From Chiloscyllium plagiosum (taxonomy: Eukaryota), in assembly GCF_004010195.1 (NCBI RefSeq), contig NC_057759.1, positions 7,241,593-7,305,592 of the forward strand: a DNA stretch of 64,000 nucleotides, in the 5' to 3' direction. Both the position numbers and the translations under genes were made by a program. Below, piece after piece: positions 63,014 to 64,000 of this stretch; within the stretch, counting starts at the first letter, position 1, and each line of letters starts with the position of its first letter. A model generated the notes under the pieces. That model saw only the letters and a program-made list of their open reading frames with translations. It ran no database searches and was not told where the DNA came from.

Positions 63014-64000
63014 GTAGACATTTGGAGCATTTGTCTCAGGCAGAATATGTTAAAAACGTGCTGGGAGAGAGCTATAGAGGAACCATGATTGGAAGGTTTG
63101 CAAACAACAGCAAAGTTAGTGGTATAATGGACAGCTTAGAAGATTGTCTCAGAATACAAGGGGAACTTGAACAACTGGTGCAGTGGGTCAAGGAATGGCA
63201 GCTGGAGTTAAATTTAGATAACTGCGAGGTGTTGCACTTTGTGTAACTTTAGACAAAGTACAGCAGGACTTACACAATTAATTTTAGGGCCCTGGGGAGT
63301 GCTGTCGAACACGGACACTTATAGGTGCTGGAACATAATTAATTGACGTGGCGTCACAGGTAGCAAGAGCAGCGAAGGAAGCATTGGGCATGCTTGCCTT
63401 TTTTAGTCAAAGCATTGAGAAATTCACTTAGGACTTCATGTCAAAGTTGTACAAGACTGTAATAGGACCACATTTGTATGACTGCATACAATCTGGTCAT
63501 CCTGTTATTGAACTCGAATAAATGCAAAAATGATTTACGACGATGTTACTGAGACTGAGATTTTTGATTTATAAAGAGAAACTGGATAGTTTGGTACCTT
63601 TATTCATTGGAGTTTATAAGACCTAGGGTCGAACTCATAGAAGTTTATAAAATCACAAGAGGCACGGATAAGGTGAATGTCCAAGATCTGTTCCTCTGCG
63701 TAGGGATGTTCAAAAATAGAAGACACAGATTCAAGGTAAGAGAGGAAAGATTTAAAAGGAACCTAAGTGGCAACGTTTTCACAAAGAGAATGGAGCATAT
63801 ATAGAACGAATTGAGAGGAAGTGGTCAACGTGGATACAATTACATTTCAAAGACGTTTGGACAGAAACTTGAATAGGAATGTTTTGGAAGGATTTGGGCC
63901 AAAAACAGGCAAATGTAGCTACCTTAGATTGGGAAACCTGGTCAACATGTAAGAGTTGGGCTGAAATTTCCTGTTTCTGTGTTGTATGACTCTACGACTC

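Larger units (their letters stand above)
49547..64000. repeat. Segmental duplication unit C (runs off the window)
   Basis: Colinear with about 22210-36645. Confidence 0.9.

Overview
Eukaryotic, repeat-rich vertebrate genomic DNA. The CR1/L3 LINEs, tRNA-derived SINEs with (TCTAA)n tails and Penelope-like remnants resemble those of cartilaginous fish (shark); this is an inference. Positions 2086-25456 (minus strand) hold one apparently intact multi-exon gene for a type I membrane receptor. It has a 31-nt leader exon, a 36-nt leader mini-exon, six phase-1 C2-type Ig exons, an uncharged TM exon and small cytoplasmic exons; the 3' end is unresolved. Exon architecture and domain motifs point to the leukocyte receptor complex (LRC) type (LILR/PIR/KIR/CHIR-like) rather than FcR/FCRL. 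From about 21.5 kb to the window end the sequence is a tandem array of three 12-15 kb units (A, B, C). Each unit is an old, diverged palindrome carrying head-to-head copies of only the 5' cassette of this gene (upstream region, leader 1, leader 2, Ig domain 1). One of the six cassettes belongs to the intact gene; the other five have disabled or truncated D1 exons. Also present: a young 77-bp-arm hairpin, two SINE-fragment insertions with very long flanking duplications, a Penelope fragment at the B/C junction and a 500-N gap. Exons were read by eye from splice signals and frame continuity; no searches were run.
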